This document shows, piece by piece, positions 18,188-29,399 of a stretch of DNA of 64,000 nucleotides; within the stretch, counting starts at the first letter, position 1, and each line of letters starts with the position of its first letter. The position numbers and the translations under genes were made by a program. The stretch covers positions 40,227 to 104,226 of the forward strand of contig JAJEIE010000024.1 in assembly GCA_022827625.1 (NCBI GenBank). Direction: 5' to 3'. The notes beneath the pieces were generated by a model. That model searched no databases. It worked only from the letters and a program-made list of their open reading frames with translations, and was not told where the DNA came from. Source of the DNA: Candidatus Poribacteria bacterium. Lineage in GTDB: Bacteria; Poribacteria; WGA-4E; WGA-3G.

Positions 18188-19072
18188 ATGGGAATGCCGA
18201 AACGCATTAATAAAGCGATCGAATTACTCGAAAATGACCTGCCTGTCTTCTACACTGGCAGTCATACAGGCGCGGCACTCAACTATGACGCAGGTCGCGC
18301 AATGGCGAAAACCTGGGCAGATTATATCAACGTCGGCATGGAACATGGGAGTTTTGATCTTGCTGGATTGGATAATTTTATGCGCGGACTCGCTGATGGC
18401 GGCCCAACGAATAGCGGACATACAACGCCAGCCGTCATTGTTGAGTTACCCGTGGATGGTATCAGCGCAGACGTGATTCGTGCCAACGGTTGGCAAATGC
18501 GGCAACTCCTCGCACGTGGGGTACATGGACTCCTGCTTTGCCACGCTGAATCTCCAGAGGCGGTCAAAGCGTTTGTTGAAGCGTGTCGGTACCCGTTCCA
18601 AACAATAGGCGTTGGGACGCAATTGGATGTCGGACGCCGCGGGTCGGCAGGACAAGGCTCCGCTGCACCTATCTGGGGTGTTTCCGCGAACGAATATCTT
18701 GAGGTCGCTGATCCGTGGCCCCTGAATCCGAAGGGTGAACTTTTGCTCGGACTCAAGTTTGAAAATAAGCGGGCGTTAGCGAACGTTGAGATTACCGCAC
18801 AAGTGCCTGGAATTGCCTTCGCAGAGTGGGGACCCGGCGATATGAGTATGTCGTTTGGCTATATGAACCCGCCAAGTCCGCGCCCACAGGAATTAGAAGA
18901 TGCCCGAAATCGCGTCTTTGCCGCATGCCAAGCCGCTGGCATTCAGTTTTTGGAGAGCACGTCGCCTGATACAATTAAGGAGAGCATTGACGCCGGGGTG
19001 CGAATTACCGGGGGTGGCGAAGAGGCGGCACGCATCGGACGCGCATACGCCGGTAGGGAAATGGCTGTCTAA
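18188..19072 (+). CDS. HpcH/HpaI-family aldolase (2-keto-3-deoxy sugar acid aldolase-like)
   Basis: TIM-barrel aldolase features: ...LLLGLKFENKRALANVEITAQVPGIAFAEWGPGDMSMSFGY. Confidence 0.55.
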   Translation: MGMPKRINKAIELLENDLPVFYTGSHTGAALNYDAGRAMAKTWADYINVGMEHGSFDLAGLDNFMRGLADGGPTNSGHTTPAVIVELPVDGISADVIRANGWQMRQLLARGVHGLLLCHAESPEAVKAFVEACRYPFQTIGVGTQLDVGRRGSAGQGSAAPIWGVSANEYLEVADPWPLNPKGELLLGLKFENKRALANVEITAQVPGIAFAEWGPGDMSMSFGYMNPPSPRPQELEDARNRVFAACQAAGIQFLESTSPDTIKESIDAGVRITGGGEEAARIGRAYAGREMAV

Positions 19073-19235
19073 CTGGCTATCGGCTATCAGGTCGCTTCGC
19101 TTTCAGCCATCAGCACGCTTCGCTTTCAGCCATCAGTAAAGACGCAAGCGTTACAGAACGCATCTTTTCTTTGCTGACCGCTGACGACTGATTGCTATTC
19201 CGCTGACCGCTGATAGCCAGAAAGGAAAATTTGAT

Positions 19236-19970
19236 ATGGCATTAACAGAACAGGAAATGTTGGCGGAACTCCGCAAATATGATACACCCTCGATTACGAA
19301 CGTAGTCGCTACGTATCCGGGCAGTCCTCTTTGTCTTGGACTCTATAATCCTTGGACGGAAAATTGGTATACAGATACAACAATCCGTTGTATGTACCCT
19401 GAACTCGGTGCGATTGCTGGCTATGCGGTGACGTGTGTCTACGGCGTGCCGGACCCCAACTATTCCGAACTCTCCTTTATGGATGTTATTGATGCGTTAG
19501 GTGCGTCCAAGCAGCCGACAATTCTGGCATTTGAGCAAAAGTTTCCGCCTGAATTCGAGAACAAGGTCGGCTTGGCAGGGGGCAATATGACTGCAGCGAT
19601 GAAAGCGATCGGGTGTCTCGGAGCGATCTCAAACGGGCCCTCACGCGATATTGACGAAATCCGTCCTATGGAATTCCAATATCTGTTAAGTGGCATCACA
19701 CCCGGGCATGGCGCAATGGCGGTTCAGGCTGTCAACGTCCCGGTCTCAATCGCAGGTATGGATGTCGCACCCGGCGAAATTATCCACATGGATGAAAACG
19801 GTGCGTGCAAGTTTCCTGGGGACAAACTCGAAGCCGTCCTGACCAACGTCAAGGCGTTACTCGCGGAAGAAGGGGATCGCATTGGAAAGCTCCTCTCAGG
19901 ACCGAAGACAGCAAAGCAGGTCCGCGCAATTTTCAGCGGGCACTCTTATGCGGAGGATGATGAGGAATAG
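19236..19970 (+). CDS. RraA-like protein (RraA / 4-hydroxy-4-methyl-2-oxoglutarate aldolase family)
   Basis: 244 aa with a swivelling beta/beta/alpha domain pattern, e.g. GAIAGYAVTCVYG. Confidence 0.5.
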   Translation: MALTEQEMLAELRKYDTPSITNVVATYPGSPLCLGLYNPWTENWYTDTTIRCMYPELGAIAGYAVTCVYGVPDPNYSELSFMDVIDALGASKQPTILAFEQKFPPEFENKVGLAGGNMTAAMKAIGCLGAISNGPSRDIDEIRPMEFQYLLSGITPGHGAMAVQAVNVPVSIAGMDVAPGEIIHMDENGACKFPGDKLEAVLTNVKALLAEEGDRIGKLLSGPKTAKQVRAIFSGHSYAEDDEE

Positions 19971-20321
19971 AGGCGTTTTCGTAACTCGCAATGCCGGTTT
20001 CGATTTTGAAATCGGCACGCACTTTTACTTCCAATTAATCTCAAAAAGTGAGAAGCACGTCAAAAATCTCAGAAAATTACTTGTGGAGGTGTAGAAAATC
20101 ATATATAATACTCAACAAGAATATTTTCAGTAAGAAATTCTCTCTAATTTCTGCCTTAGATTGTAAGCACAAATTGCTACCAAGTCCTCGATTGCGTCCC
20201 TTGTGTATTAGGTCTACAAACGGCGCGTTGCAAGGTGAACTTTATAGATTTCTAATATCGTGATGCGAATCTCACCTACCGGGTTCTTTAAAAAATAAAT
20301 AAAAACTAAACAGGATAAGAA

Positions 20322-21599
20322 ATGCACGACGTTTTTGAAACCCTGAATGAACGGGGTTTTGTTAAACAGACTACGAATGCAGAACAGGTCGCACGCCTTC
20401 TATCCGAAGGACAGGTTACCTACTATGTCGGTTTTGATCCGACAGCGTCCAGCCTGCATGTCGGGAGTCTTGTTCCCATAATGGCGATGGCACATCTGCA
20501 ACGCGCCGGACATAAACCGATCGCAATCATCGGTGGCGGCACAACCATGATCGGTGATCCGACCGACAAAACCGAGATGCGTCCGATGCTGTCACAGGAA
20601 AATATCGCAGCGAATGGAAAAAGTATTCTCACGCAGCTCCAGCGTTACCTAAATCTGGATAATGCCATAGCCGATGCGAATGATTCACAGAGTGTCTCGA
20701 AAGTAGGGCGGTTTCTCAACAACGCTGATTGGCTGCTTTCTATAAATTACATCGAGTTTCTACGTGAAATTGGTAAACACTTCCGAGTCAATGAGATGAT
20801 TAAAGCGGAGGGTTATCGACAACGACTTGAGCGCGAACTCGGACTCTCTTTTCTTGAATTTAACTATCAACTTCTCCAGGCGTACGATTATTTGTGTTTG
20901 TTTCGAGCGTATGGATGCCGTCTCCAGTTCGGTGGGGACGACCAGTGGGGCAATATCCTCGCCGGTGTCGATCTCGTCCGCCGGATTGAGGGGGCGCGCG
21001 TACACGGACTCACTTTTCCACTGTTGACGACAGCAAGCGGCACAAAAATGGGAAAAACCGCAGGCGGTGCTGTTTGGCTCGACGCTCAGCGGACATCACC
21101 TTATGAATTTTATCAATACTGGATTAACACGGATGACCGTGATGTCTCTCGCTTCCTCGCATATTTCACCTTCCTTCCGATCGACGAGGTCCGACGACTC
21201 GGAAGTTTAAAGGATGCGGCGATTCGCGAAGCGAAGCAGGTCCTCGCTTATGAAACCACACGACTTGCCCACGGAACAGCAGAAGCAGACAAAGCACAAG
21301 CCGCCTCGCGTGCTGCATTTGGCGGTGGTAATCTTGATGAGGTCGCAATGCCGACGTCGGTGATTGATGCGAATCGACTTGAGAGTGGTATTCCGATTAT
21401 GGAATTGTTTCATGAGGTTGGATTGGCGAATTCCCGCAGCGAAGCGCGACGACTCGTGCAGCAGGGAGGTGCCTACGTCAACGAAAAGCAGTATCGTGAA
21501 ATAGATACGGTCATTAGTACGAATCTGCTGCAGGATAATACCTTGCTGCTCCGCGCTGGCAAAAAACGGTATCATCGAATTATTACTAAAGAAAATTAA
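20322..21599 (+). CDS. tyrS: Tyrosine--tRNA ligase
   Basis: Class I HIGH motif (PTASSLHVGSLVP), KMSKS motif (KMGKT), C-terminal S4 domain. Confidence 0.95.
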   Translation: MHDVFETLNERGFVKQTTNAEQVARLLSEGQVTYYVGFDPTASSLHVGSLVPIMAMAHLQRAGHKPIAIIGGGTTMIGDPTDKTEMRPMLSQENIAANGKSILTQLQRYLNLDNAIADANDSQSVSKVGRFLNNADWLLSINYIEFLREIGKHFRVNEMIKAEGYRQRLERELGLSFLEFNYQLLQAYDYLCLFRAYGCRLQFGGDDQWGNILAGVDLVRRIEGARVHGLTFPLLTTASGTKMGKTAGGAVWLDAQRTSPYEFYQYWINTDDRDVSRFLAYFTFLPIDEVRRLGSLKDAAIREAKQVLAYETTRLAHGTAEADKAQAASRAAFGGGNLDEVAMPTSVIDANRLESGIPIMELFHEVGLANSRSEARRLVQQGGAYVNEKQYREIDTVISTNLLQDNTLLLRAGKKRYHRIITKEN

Positions 21600-21704
21600 T
21601 TATAACGATAGAAATTTTTTATAAGCACGCTGTCAGGCGCGCATCATCAGAAATTGGTTCTCACAGGTTCACTTTTCCCAGTGCACCAGCGAACCTAAAG
21701 AGGT

Positions 21705-24700
21705 ATGAGTATGCATAACGCCAAAGAAGGTGAGAGGAAACCAATGTCTCCGAAACATGATAACAAAGGCGATCAGGTGGGACTCACTTTCACACCCTAC
21801 TTTACGACACCCGGTGTTCACCCTTATGAGCCATTAGAGTGGGAACGCCGTGATGCCGTTATTTACAATGAGAAGGGTGATGTCATTTTTAAACAAGAGC
21901 AAGTTGAAGTCCCAGCAAGTTGGACCCAACTCGCCACAGATATTGCGGCATCAAAATACTTCCGTAAAGCCGGAGTACCCGATACGGAGGCCGAGGATAG
22001 TGTTCGCCAGTTGGTCACTCGTGTCGCGCGCACCCTCCGCCGCGCAGGTGAAGAATTGGGGGGGTATTTTGCCACCCCTGAAGATGCCCAGACCTTTGAG
22101 ATGGAGCTGACACACATCCTCGTTACACAACGCGGTGCTTTCAACTCGCCGGTCTGGTTTAATTGCGGTTTGTGGCATGAGTATAATATTGAAGGGGGCG
22201 GTGGAAATTACTATTGGGACCGCGACGCAAAGAAAGTTGAAACCACTACCAATGCGTACGAACACCCACAAAATTCCGCCTGTTTTATCCAAAGCGTTGA
22301 CGATTCTCTGGATTCCATGTTGGAACTCCAGAAATCTGAAGTACGCCTCTTTAAATACGGCAGCGGCACAGGTTCTAATTTTAGCCGTGTCCGTGCGAAG
22401 GGTGAACTCCTCTCCGGCGGTGGCGAGAGCTCGGGGGTCCTCTCTTTCCTTGAAGGCTTTGACCGGTGGGCAGGCAGCATTAAGTCTGGCGGTACTACCA
22501 GACGCGCAGCCAAAATGGTTATCCTCGACATGGATCATCCGGAGATTGTTGACTACATTGACTGGAAGTCAAGAGAAGAGGATAAAGCAAAGGCACTTAT
22601 CGCTGCCGGATACCCTGCTGACTTCAATGGTGAAGCCTATAGCACTGTCAGTGGGCAGAATAGCAACAACTCTGTGCGGATTCCTGATGATTTCATGAAC
22701 GCTTATCTGCAGGGCGACTCATGGAAAACGACCTATCGGACAAGTGGTGAAGTCGCTGAGGAGTATGATGCCAGAACGCTCATGGAAAAAATTGCCTATG
22801 CTGCATGGGCATGTGCCGACCCAGGCGTTCAATTTGATAGCACGATTCAGAAGTGGCATACTTGCAAAAATACGGATAGAATTAATGCAAGCAATCCCTG
22901 TAGTGAATACCTCTTCTTAGACGATTCTGCTTGCAACCTTGCCAGCATTAACCTCGCTAAATTCTTGGGAGATGATGACAGCTTTGACATTGACGGTTTC
23001 CGCGCGACGGTTCGTGTGTTCATCACTGCCATGGAAATTATAGTCGGTTTCTCTTCCTATCCGACCGCAAGAATAGCACAACGTTCCCACGAGTATCGAC
23101 CCCTCGGACTCGGTTACGCTAATTTAGGTGCGCTTTTGATGCGCCTTGGTATCCCTTACGATAGCGATCAGGCTTGCGCTTATGCCGGTGCCATTACGGC
23201 TATCCTCAGTGGACACGGTTATCAAACAAGCGCAGAGATCGCTAAAAGCGTCGGAACTTTTGAGGGCTATCCGAAGAATCGGGATTCGATGTTAGGCGTT
23301 ATGCAGCTCCACCGCGATGCTGCTTACAGCATTGACACTGCCGCGTGTCCACCAGATCTTTTGGACGCAGCACAAGTCGATTGGGATGTCTGTCTTGAAA
23401 AGGGTGAGCAGTGGGGCTATCGGAACTCACAGATTAGTGTTATCGCGCCTACAGGTACTATCTCTTTCCTCATGGATTGTGACACAACCGGGATTGAACC
23501 GGAATTTGCCCTCGTTAAATTCAAGAAACTCGCAGGCGGCGGATACATGAAAATTGTTAACCAGAGCGTCCGCGATGCCTTACATAACCTCGGCTACACG
23601 CTACAGCAAACCGAGACAATCATTACCTATCTCGTCGGAACGGGGACCTTTGAAGGAACACCCCATATCAATCCTGAGACGCTGAAACAGAAGGGATTCA
23701 CGCAGGCGGATATCGCTCGCGTCGCGGAGACGTTACCGAGCGCGTTTGACTTAAATCTCGCCTTTGCGCCCGGGTTCCTCGGTGAAGAGTGCCTTGAACG
23801 GTTAGGCATAACCGAGAAAGCGGCGGCAGACCCGAGTTTTAACCTCCTTTCTACACTTGGATTTAGTGAAGATGAAATTATTACCGCTGAAGAAGTCATC
23901 TGCGGCACTGGAACGGTTGAGGGCGCCCCCCACCTCTCACCGACTCACTATCCTGTTTTCGATTGTGCCGTCCAATGTGGTAAGCACGGAACCCGCTACA
24001 TAAACCACATGGGACCCTTGAAAATGATGGCGGCTGTCCAACCCTTTATCTCCGGTGCGATTTCTAAGACCGTTAATGTTCCACATGATGCGACAATAGA
24101 TGACATCAAAACGCTATATGTGGAAGCCTGGCGACGCGGTGTGAAATGCCTTGCCGTCTATCGCGACGGTAGCAAAGGCAGTCAACCCCTCTCGACCCGA
24201 AGCCAACAGGATTCGGAAAGTGAGGGAACAGATGTGACGCTATCAGATGCCGAACAACCCGCTGCCCATCCGATCAGGCGACGGTTGCCAGACGAGCGAC
24301 GCGCCATCGCACACAAATTCAGCATTGGTGGGCATGAAGGCTACATCCACGTCGGGCTTTATGAAGATGGAAGTCCTGGGGAAGTCTTCCTCCGTATGAA
24401 TAAGGAAGGCTCCGTCATTTCGGGATTGATGGACTCCGTTGCAATTCTCACTTCTGTCGCTTTACAGTACGGCGTTCCCTTAGAATCGCTGGTCAATAAA
24501 TTCAGCCACGTCCGGTTTGAACCCTCTGGGTTCACATCTAATTCTGAGATCCCAATGGCGAAATCCATTATGGACTATGTCTTCCGGTGGCTTGGCACCA
24601 AGTTTCTCTCTGGGGAACCCCAAGAGAATCAGGAAGTCTTAGACTTTGACGAGCAGATGGTACCGCCTGAAGAACTTCATCCTTTCGGACATGGAAGCAA

Positions 24701-24851
24701 CGGTGAAACGGATTCTTGGCTGGAGCGTGAGAAACAGATTGTTCTCCAACACGCAGATGCCCCGCCGTGCCCCGAATGCGGTGCACTTATGGCGAGAAGC
24801 GGGGTCTGTTATCGCTGTGCCAATTGCGGCGCGACGAGTGGTTGTTCCTAA
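21705..24851 (+). CDS. nrdJ: Adenosylcobalamin-dependent (class II) ribonucleoside-diphosphate reductase
   Basis: 1048 aa with NPCSEYLFLDDSACNLASINL (active-site Cys/Asn/Glu loop) and a C-terminal Cys zinc ribbon (CPECG...CYRCANCG). Confidence 0.9.
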   Translation: MSMHNAKEGERKPMSPKHDNKGDQVGLTFTPYFTTPGVHPYEPLEWERRDAVIYNEKGDVIFKQEQVEVPASWTQLATDIAASKYFRKAGVPDTEAEDSVRQLVTRVARTLRRAGEELGGYFATPEDAQTFEMELTHILVTQRGAFNSPVWFNCGLWHEYNIEGGGGNYYWDRDAKKVETTTNAYEHPQNSACFIQSVDDSLDSMLELQKSEVRLFKYGSGTGSNFSRVRAKGELLSGGGESSGVLSFLEGFDRWAGSIKSGGTTRRAAKMVILDMDHPEIVDYIDWKSREEDKAKALIAAGYPADFNGEAYSTVSGQNSNNSVRIPDDFMNAYLQGDSWKTTYRTSGEVAEEYDARTLMEKIAYAAWACADPGVQFDSTIQKWHTCKNTDRINASNPCSEYLFLDDSACNLASINLAKFLGDDDSFDIDGFRATVRVFITAMEIIVGFSSYPTARIAQRSHEYRPLGLGYANLGALLMRLGIPYDSDQACAYAGAITAILSGHGYQTSAEIAKSVGTFEGYPKNRDSMLGVMQLHRDAAYSIDTAACPPDLLDAAQVDWDVCLEKGEQWGYRNSQISVIAPTGTISFLMDCDTTGIEPEFALVKFKKLAGGGYMKIVNQSVRDALHNLGYTLQQTETIITYLVGTGTFEGTPHINPETLKQKGFTQADIARVAETLPSAFDLNLAFAPGFLGEECLERLGITEKAAADPSFNLLSTLGFSEDEIITAEEVICGTGTVEGAPHLSPTHYPVFDCAVQCGKHGTRYINHMGPLKMMAAVQPFISGAISKTVNVPHDATIDDIKTLYVEAWRRGVKCLAVYRDGSKGSQPLSTRSQQDSESEGTDVTLSDAEQPAAHPIRRRLPDERRAIAHKFSIGGHEGYIHVGLYEDGSPGEVFLRMNKEGSVISGLMDSVAILTSVALQYGVPLESLVNKFSHVRFEPSGFTSNSEIPMAKSIMDYVFRWLGTKFLSGEPQENQEVLDFDEQMVPPEELHPFGHGSNGETDSWLEREKQIVLQHADAPPCPECGALMARSGVCYRCANCGATSGCS

Positions 24852-25044
24852 AGAATGGCTGTCGGCTTTTAGGTTGCTTCGCTCTCAGCAGTCAGTATTT
24901 GTGACGGTTGCAGATGCTTTTCCGCCACAACGTTTTCTTGCTAATTGCCGATTGCTGAAAGTGAGCGCAGCGAACGCCCCGAGTGCTGACTGCTAACAGC
25001 CGATTTCCTTGTTTTTAAGTGGATAGATGGGATATAATAGACAG

Positions 25045-25411
25045 GCTTGAGTTGAGTAGATGATCGCGTTCCGAATGTAGCTTACAATCGGAATGAGGAA
25101 AGTCCGGACTCCGTAGGGCAGGATGCTGGGTAACCCCCAGGAGCGGCGACGCTATGGAAAGTGCAACAGAGAGTAGACTACAACGCCTACTTTTAAAGTT
25201 GAGCGTTGTACAGGTGAAACGGTGCGGTAAAAGCGCACCAGTCCATAAGGTGACTTATGGTGCTTGGTAAACCCCATCTGGAGCAAGGTAAATGTGGGAT
25301 TTATAGAGGTGTGCCCGCCTCGTCCCCAGGTAACCGCTTGAGGTGGATGGCAACATCCATCCCAGATGAATGATCATCACATACAGAATCCGGCTTATTC
25401 TCAACTCAAGC
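25045..25411 (+). ncRNA. rnpB: RNase P RNA, bacterial type A
   Basis: P4 halves GAGGAAAGTCCGGACTCC and ACAGAATCCGGCTTA; conserved GGTGAAACGGTGCGGTAAAAGCGCACCAG block; P1 pairing gcttgagttgag/ctcaactcaagc at the ends; T-run follows. Confidence 0.9.
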
Positions 25412-27010
25412 TTTTTTAACGATTGTGTCTGGGCGGTGTTTCCGTAAAAAACCACCACCCCCCGGTGTCTCAATGCGAATAACATCGCCTTCCTCCATAG
25501 AAACAGAGGCTTTACCGGCTAACTGATGTTCTTTTTTTCCAGAAATTAACACATTACGCCCAGGCTTTCCTTGTTCTCCACCTTGTAAGCCGTAGGGACC
25601 GCGTGTCCGTCGTTCCGAAAGGATCGTGGCCTCCGCGTCTGTTAGTATCCGTAATGCTCGAACAACACCGGCACCACCCCGAAATTTACCTTTACCCCCC
25701 GTTCCGCGACGGATTGCATATTCTACGACTTGCATCGGATAGTTCGTCTCGATCGCTTCTATAGGCGTATTCATCGTATTCGTCATGTGTGTATGGATCG
25801 CATCAATTCCGTCGCTGTTCGGACGCGCACCCATGCCACCCGCAATCGTTTCGTAGTAGGTAAATTCCTTTCCGCGTGAAGCGTCATAACCGCCTATTGT
25901 GAGATTGTTCATCGTACCGGAACTCGCCGCAGGAATCTCGTCCGGACAGGCTTGTGACAACGCACCAAGTAGTACGTCAACAATACGCTGTGATGTTTCA
26001 ACGTTTCCACCGGCGACCGCTGCTGGAAATGTTGCGTTCACAACGCTGCCTTCTGGCGCAATGACCTGAATCGGCTCTAAACACCCTGCATTCGCAGGCA
26101 CATCCGCACCCGCAAGGCAGCGGAAGGTGTAAAAGACCGCCGAGAGGGTGATAGCGTAAATCGCATTGACAGAGCCTCGGACTTGCGGAGCAGTCCCAGT
26201 AAAATCGACGACTGCCGTATCACCTTTAATTTCGATCGCGACGCGGATTTCGATCGGTTCATCCGTGATGCCGTCGTTATCCAAGACATCAGCGTATACG
26301 TAGCGTCCATCGGGAATTTCCCGTAAACGCGCACGTACCATGCGACTCGCATACCCACGCAACTCTTCCATATAGGCAGCAATCTCTGTTGTCCCATACT
26401 TCGTTACCATCTCTTGTAAACGGCGTTCACCGACGCGATTCGCAGCCACTTGTGCCTCTATGTCGCCACGACGCTCTTCTGGGGTGCGTACGTTAGCGAG
26501 TATGAGTTCCCAGAGATCCGTGTTCAACGCACCGCCTCGGACGAGTTTGACAGGTGGAATACGGATGCCTTCCTGAATGACACTCGTTGCAATCGGCATT
26601 GAGCCAGGGCTCATGCCGCCAACATCTGCGTGATGTGCGCGATTGGCAACAAAGAATGCCGGTTGGTTTTTTCCCTGCTGTTCTTTCTTATCTGGAAAGA
26701 CAGGCGCGACCAGTGTAATGTCCGGCAGGTGCGTGCCGCCGCGATATGGATCATTGAGCGCAATCATATCGCCGGGTACCATCTCGGTATGCGCAATCGC
26801 AGCGAGCACCGACAACGGCATAGAACCGAGATGCACTGGAATATGTGCGGCTTGTGCCACCATTTTGCCGGTGTCGTCAAACACAGCACAAGAAAAATCA
26901 AGACGTTCTTTAATGTTAGGGGAAAATGCTGTGCGTCGGAGCGTTACACCCATCTCCTCCGCAACCGAGGTTAGCATGTTTTTGTAAAGTTCTAATTTGA
27001 TAGGATCCAT
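25406..27010 (-). CDS. Hydantoinase B / 5-oxoprolinase family protein (HyuB-like); no hyuA partner is adjacent
   Basis: N-terminus [21 protein letters not shown], with conserved HyuB blocks throughout its 534 aa. Confidence 0.85.
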   Translation of the reverse strand: MDPIKLELYKNMLTSVAEEMGVTLRRTAFSPNIKERLDFSCAVFDDTGKMVAQAAHIPVHLGSMPLSVLAAIAHTEMVPGDMIALNDPYRGGTHLPDITLVAPVFPDKKEQQGKNQPAFFVANRAHHADVGGMSPGSMPIATSVIQEGIRIPPVKLVRGGALNTDLWELILANVRTPEERRGDIEAQVAANRVGERRLQEMVTKYGTTEIAAYMEELRGYASRMVRARLREIPDGRYVYADVLDNDGITDEPIEIRVAIEIKGDTAVVDFTGTAPQVRGSVNAIYAITLSAVFYTFRCLAGADVPANAGCLEPIQVIAPEGSVVNATFPAAVAGGNVETSQRIVDVLLGALSQACPDEIPAASSGTMNNLTIGGYDASRGKEFTYYETIAGGMGARPNSDGIDAIHTHMTNTMNTPIEAIETNYPMQVVEYAIRRGTGGKGKFRGGAGVVRALRILTDAEATILSERRTRGPYGLQGGEQGKPGRNVLISGKKEHQLAGKASVSMEEGDVIRIETPGGGGFLRKHRPDTIVKKA

Positions 27011-27130
27011 GTTTATGACTTGTCGTTGTTATGTGAGTTTGTAGATAAGGTTGATGTTTAGAAGTTGGTTGCATTTTAACATTTTTTCCTATAGTATACA
27101 AGCAACAAACGACGATTTAGGAGGATACAG

Positions 27131-28096
27131 ATGAAGAAAGTTAACATCGCCCTAATCGGTGCCGGTGGTATGGCAAATGGCGTTCACTATCCATCCCTGA
27201 GCGAATGTGAGGATGTGAATCTCGTTGGATTGTGTGATTTAGTGCCTTCAAAACTTCAGGCGACAGCAGAACGCTTTGAGATTGAACAGACATTCACCGA
27301 CTATAAGCAGATGCTGGAAAAGACGAGTCCCGATGCGGTTTATGTCCTCATGCCCCCTCAGCACTTGTTTCCGCTTGTGATTCATTGTCTTTCCCAACAA
27401 CACCATGTCTTTATAGAAAAACCACCCGGTGTTACACTCCATCAGACGAAGGAGATGGCGCGCGCCGCCGAGAAAAACGGATGCAAGACAATGGTAGGCT
27501 TCAATCGCCGTTTCATTCCACTTTTGCAACAGGTCAAGTCGAGAGTTGAAGAACGCGGTCCAATTATCCAAGGCATGTCGACTTTTCATAAAAACTTCCC
27601 AGGAGCATTTTATTACGATGGGGTAATAGACGTTTTGACATGTGATGCAATTCATGCCGTTGATGCGCTTCGATGGATCGGTGGCGGCGAGGTGAAAGCG
27701 GTCGCAAGCGACATCAATAGTTTCTACTCCGAGCGCGAAAATAGTTTCAACGCAATCGTTAAATTTACGAGTGGTGCCTCTGGTTATCTTTGTACCAATT
27801 GGGCAGTTGGTGGACGTATTCATATATTTGAGATGCACGCACGGGAAATTTCTGCTTATATCAATCCCGATGCCGGTGGACACGCCGTGCTTCACACACC
27901 CGAAGGCATCACCGAAATCACGCCTGAGGAAGCAGCGGGTTCTGACGCAACGCATAGAGTTTACGGGTTTTATGGAGAGAGTCGGCACTTTGTGGATGCT
28001 ATTCTGCAAGACCGACAACCCGACACCTGCTTCGCGGATGCAGTCAAAACAATGGAGCTTGTGTCGGCTATCTATCGAAATCGGATAGACCCCTAA
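27131..28096 (+). CDS. Gfo/Idh/MocA-family NAD(P)-dependent oxidoreductase
   Basis: N-terminal Rossmann motif KVNIALIGAGGMANGVHYPSL followed by the GFO_IDH_MocA C-domain. Confidence 0.85.
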   Translation: MKKVNIALIGAGGMANGVHYPSLSECEDVNLVGLCDLVPSKLQATAERFEIEQTFTDYKQMLEKTSPDAVYVLMPPQHLFPLVIHCLSQQHHVFIEKPPGVTLHQTKEMARAAEKNGCKTMVGFNRRFIPLLQQVKSRVEERGPIIQGMSTFHKNFPGAFYYDGVIDVLTCDAIHAVDALRWIGGGEVKAVASDINSFYSERENSFNAIVKFTSGASGYLCTNWAVGGRIHIFEMHAREISAYINPDAGGHAVLHTPEGITEITPEEAAGSDATHRVYGFYGESRHFVDAILQDRQPDTCFADAVKTMELVSAIYRNRIDP

Positions 28097-28250
28097 TGGT
28101 TTGTCATGTCAAAGTTGATGGGGGCAAAGGTCGCGAGCATGAAAAAACACCCAAGCAAAAACACTCGCTCCTACAGGTAGAGGTTTGGGAAAATAAATTG
28201 GCATGTTTCTTGCTATGCTTTAAGACAACGATCGTATTGAGACGAGGCTT

Positions 28251-29204
28251 ATGGATACGCAGCATATACCTGTTTTATGTGACAAGGTGATTGAGTTTCT
28301 CAAACCGAAAGCCGCCGGTATTTATGTAGATGGCACTGTTGGATTAGGTGGACATAGTTCCGCTATCCTGAACGCCTCTGCACCCAATGGACGTGTCATC
28401 GGAATTGATTTGGATCCTGAAGCCCTTGTTATTGCTAAGAGGAGGTTAAACGCCTTCGGCGACCGGTGCTGTTTCATTAACGGTAACTTCGCAGAAATGT
28501 CTGTTTTGCTTGAGGAACGCTCAATTTGTGCTGTAGATGGTGTCCTGCTTGACTTGGGGGTGTCATCGCTACAACTTGATACACCAGACCGCGGATTTAG
28601 TTTTAACCATACCGGTCCATTGGATATGCGTATGCGGACAGGACGCAAATTAGATGACAATCAAGAAGTTACCCCTACAGCGATGCAGGTCATCAATGAC
28701 AGTCCAAGGGACACCTTGGTTCATATTTTCAAGCGATATGGTGAAGAAAGGTTCGCGAGACGCATTGCTAACCGCATTGTTAAAGCACGGCAGCAGCTGC
28801 CTATAACGACAACGACGCATTTCGCAGAAATTGTCAAGGGTGCTGTTCCTCAAAAGACATCCAAGATTCATCCTGCAACCCGTGTGTTTCAGGCACTACG
28901 GATTCATGTTAATAGAGAGTTGGAGAATCTTGAAGCCGGTTTAGATGTCGCCATCTCACTTTTGAAGCCCGGCGGGCATCTGTGTGTTATTGCTTTTCAT
29001 TCGCTTGAGGATAGGATCGTCAAACGGCGATTTCAAAGGTGCGCGACCGCCTGTATTTGTCCGCCCAAAACCCCGGTCTGTATTTGTGACCATGAACCGT
29101 CTCTGCAGATTTTGACAAAACGTCCTATTGTGCCAGATGTGTCTGCAGTAGCGCATAATCCGCGAGCGAGGAGTGCTAAATTGCGGGCAGCGCGTAAATT
29201 ATAA
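28251..29204 (+). CDS. rsmH: 16S rRNA (cytosine1402-N4)-methyltransferase
   Basis: HIPVLCDKVIEFL...YVDGTVGLGGHS...DLGVSSLQLD are the RsmH/MraW signature blocks; first gene of the dcw cluster. Confidence 0.9.
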   Translation: MDTQHIPVLCDKVIEFLKPKAAGIYVDGTVGLGGHSSAILNASAPNGRVIGIDLDPEALVIAKRRLNAFGDRCCFINGNFAEMSVLLEERSICAVDGVLLDLGVSSLQLDTPDRGFSFNHTGPLDMRMRTGRKLDDNQEVTPTAMQVINDSPRDTLVHIFKRYGEERFARRIANRIVKARQQLPITTTTHFAEIVKGAVPQKTSKIHPATRVFQALRIHVNRELENLEAGLDVAISLLKPGGHLCVIAFHSLEDRIVKRRFQRCATACICPPKTPVCICDHEPSLQILTKRPIVPDVSAVAHNPRARSAKLRAARKL

Positions 29205-29399
29205 TCTAAGGGTGTCAACAAAAGCGGACCAATTGGCATAATTGAGAAAAATGTACCTTAAATATGAAATTCAACGTTAAATAGACAGGAGGTTATCGCC
29301 CTTAACCAGATATAAGCGTAGGTGTGAAAGGATTGGAACATAAGGGACGGGACGGAACGTAATGTGCCTGTCCATAATTTGGACTGAGAAGCGGAATAG

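Noticed and set aside
19971-20321. T-box riboswitch leader upstream of tyrS (350-nt spacer with a TTGTGG-17-TATAAT promoter near 20060-20090)
   Set aside because: No T-box consensus (AATTAGGGTGGNACCGCG) or specifier-loop architecture was found; long leader remains unexplained but not assignable.
25255-25485. 76-aa ORF overlapping the 3' part of the RNase P RNA region
   Set aside because: Falls inside rnpB, whose conserved P4 and P15 sequences and P1 pairing are clear; the ORF is incidental.
28096-28290. 64-aa ORF preceding or overlapping the rsmH start, a candidate mraZ
   Set aside because: No similarity to MraZ (no DxxxR motifs); overlaps the rsmH start; likely noncoding leader.
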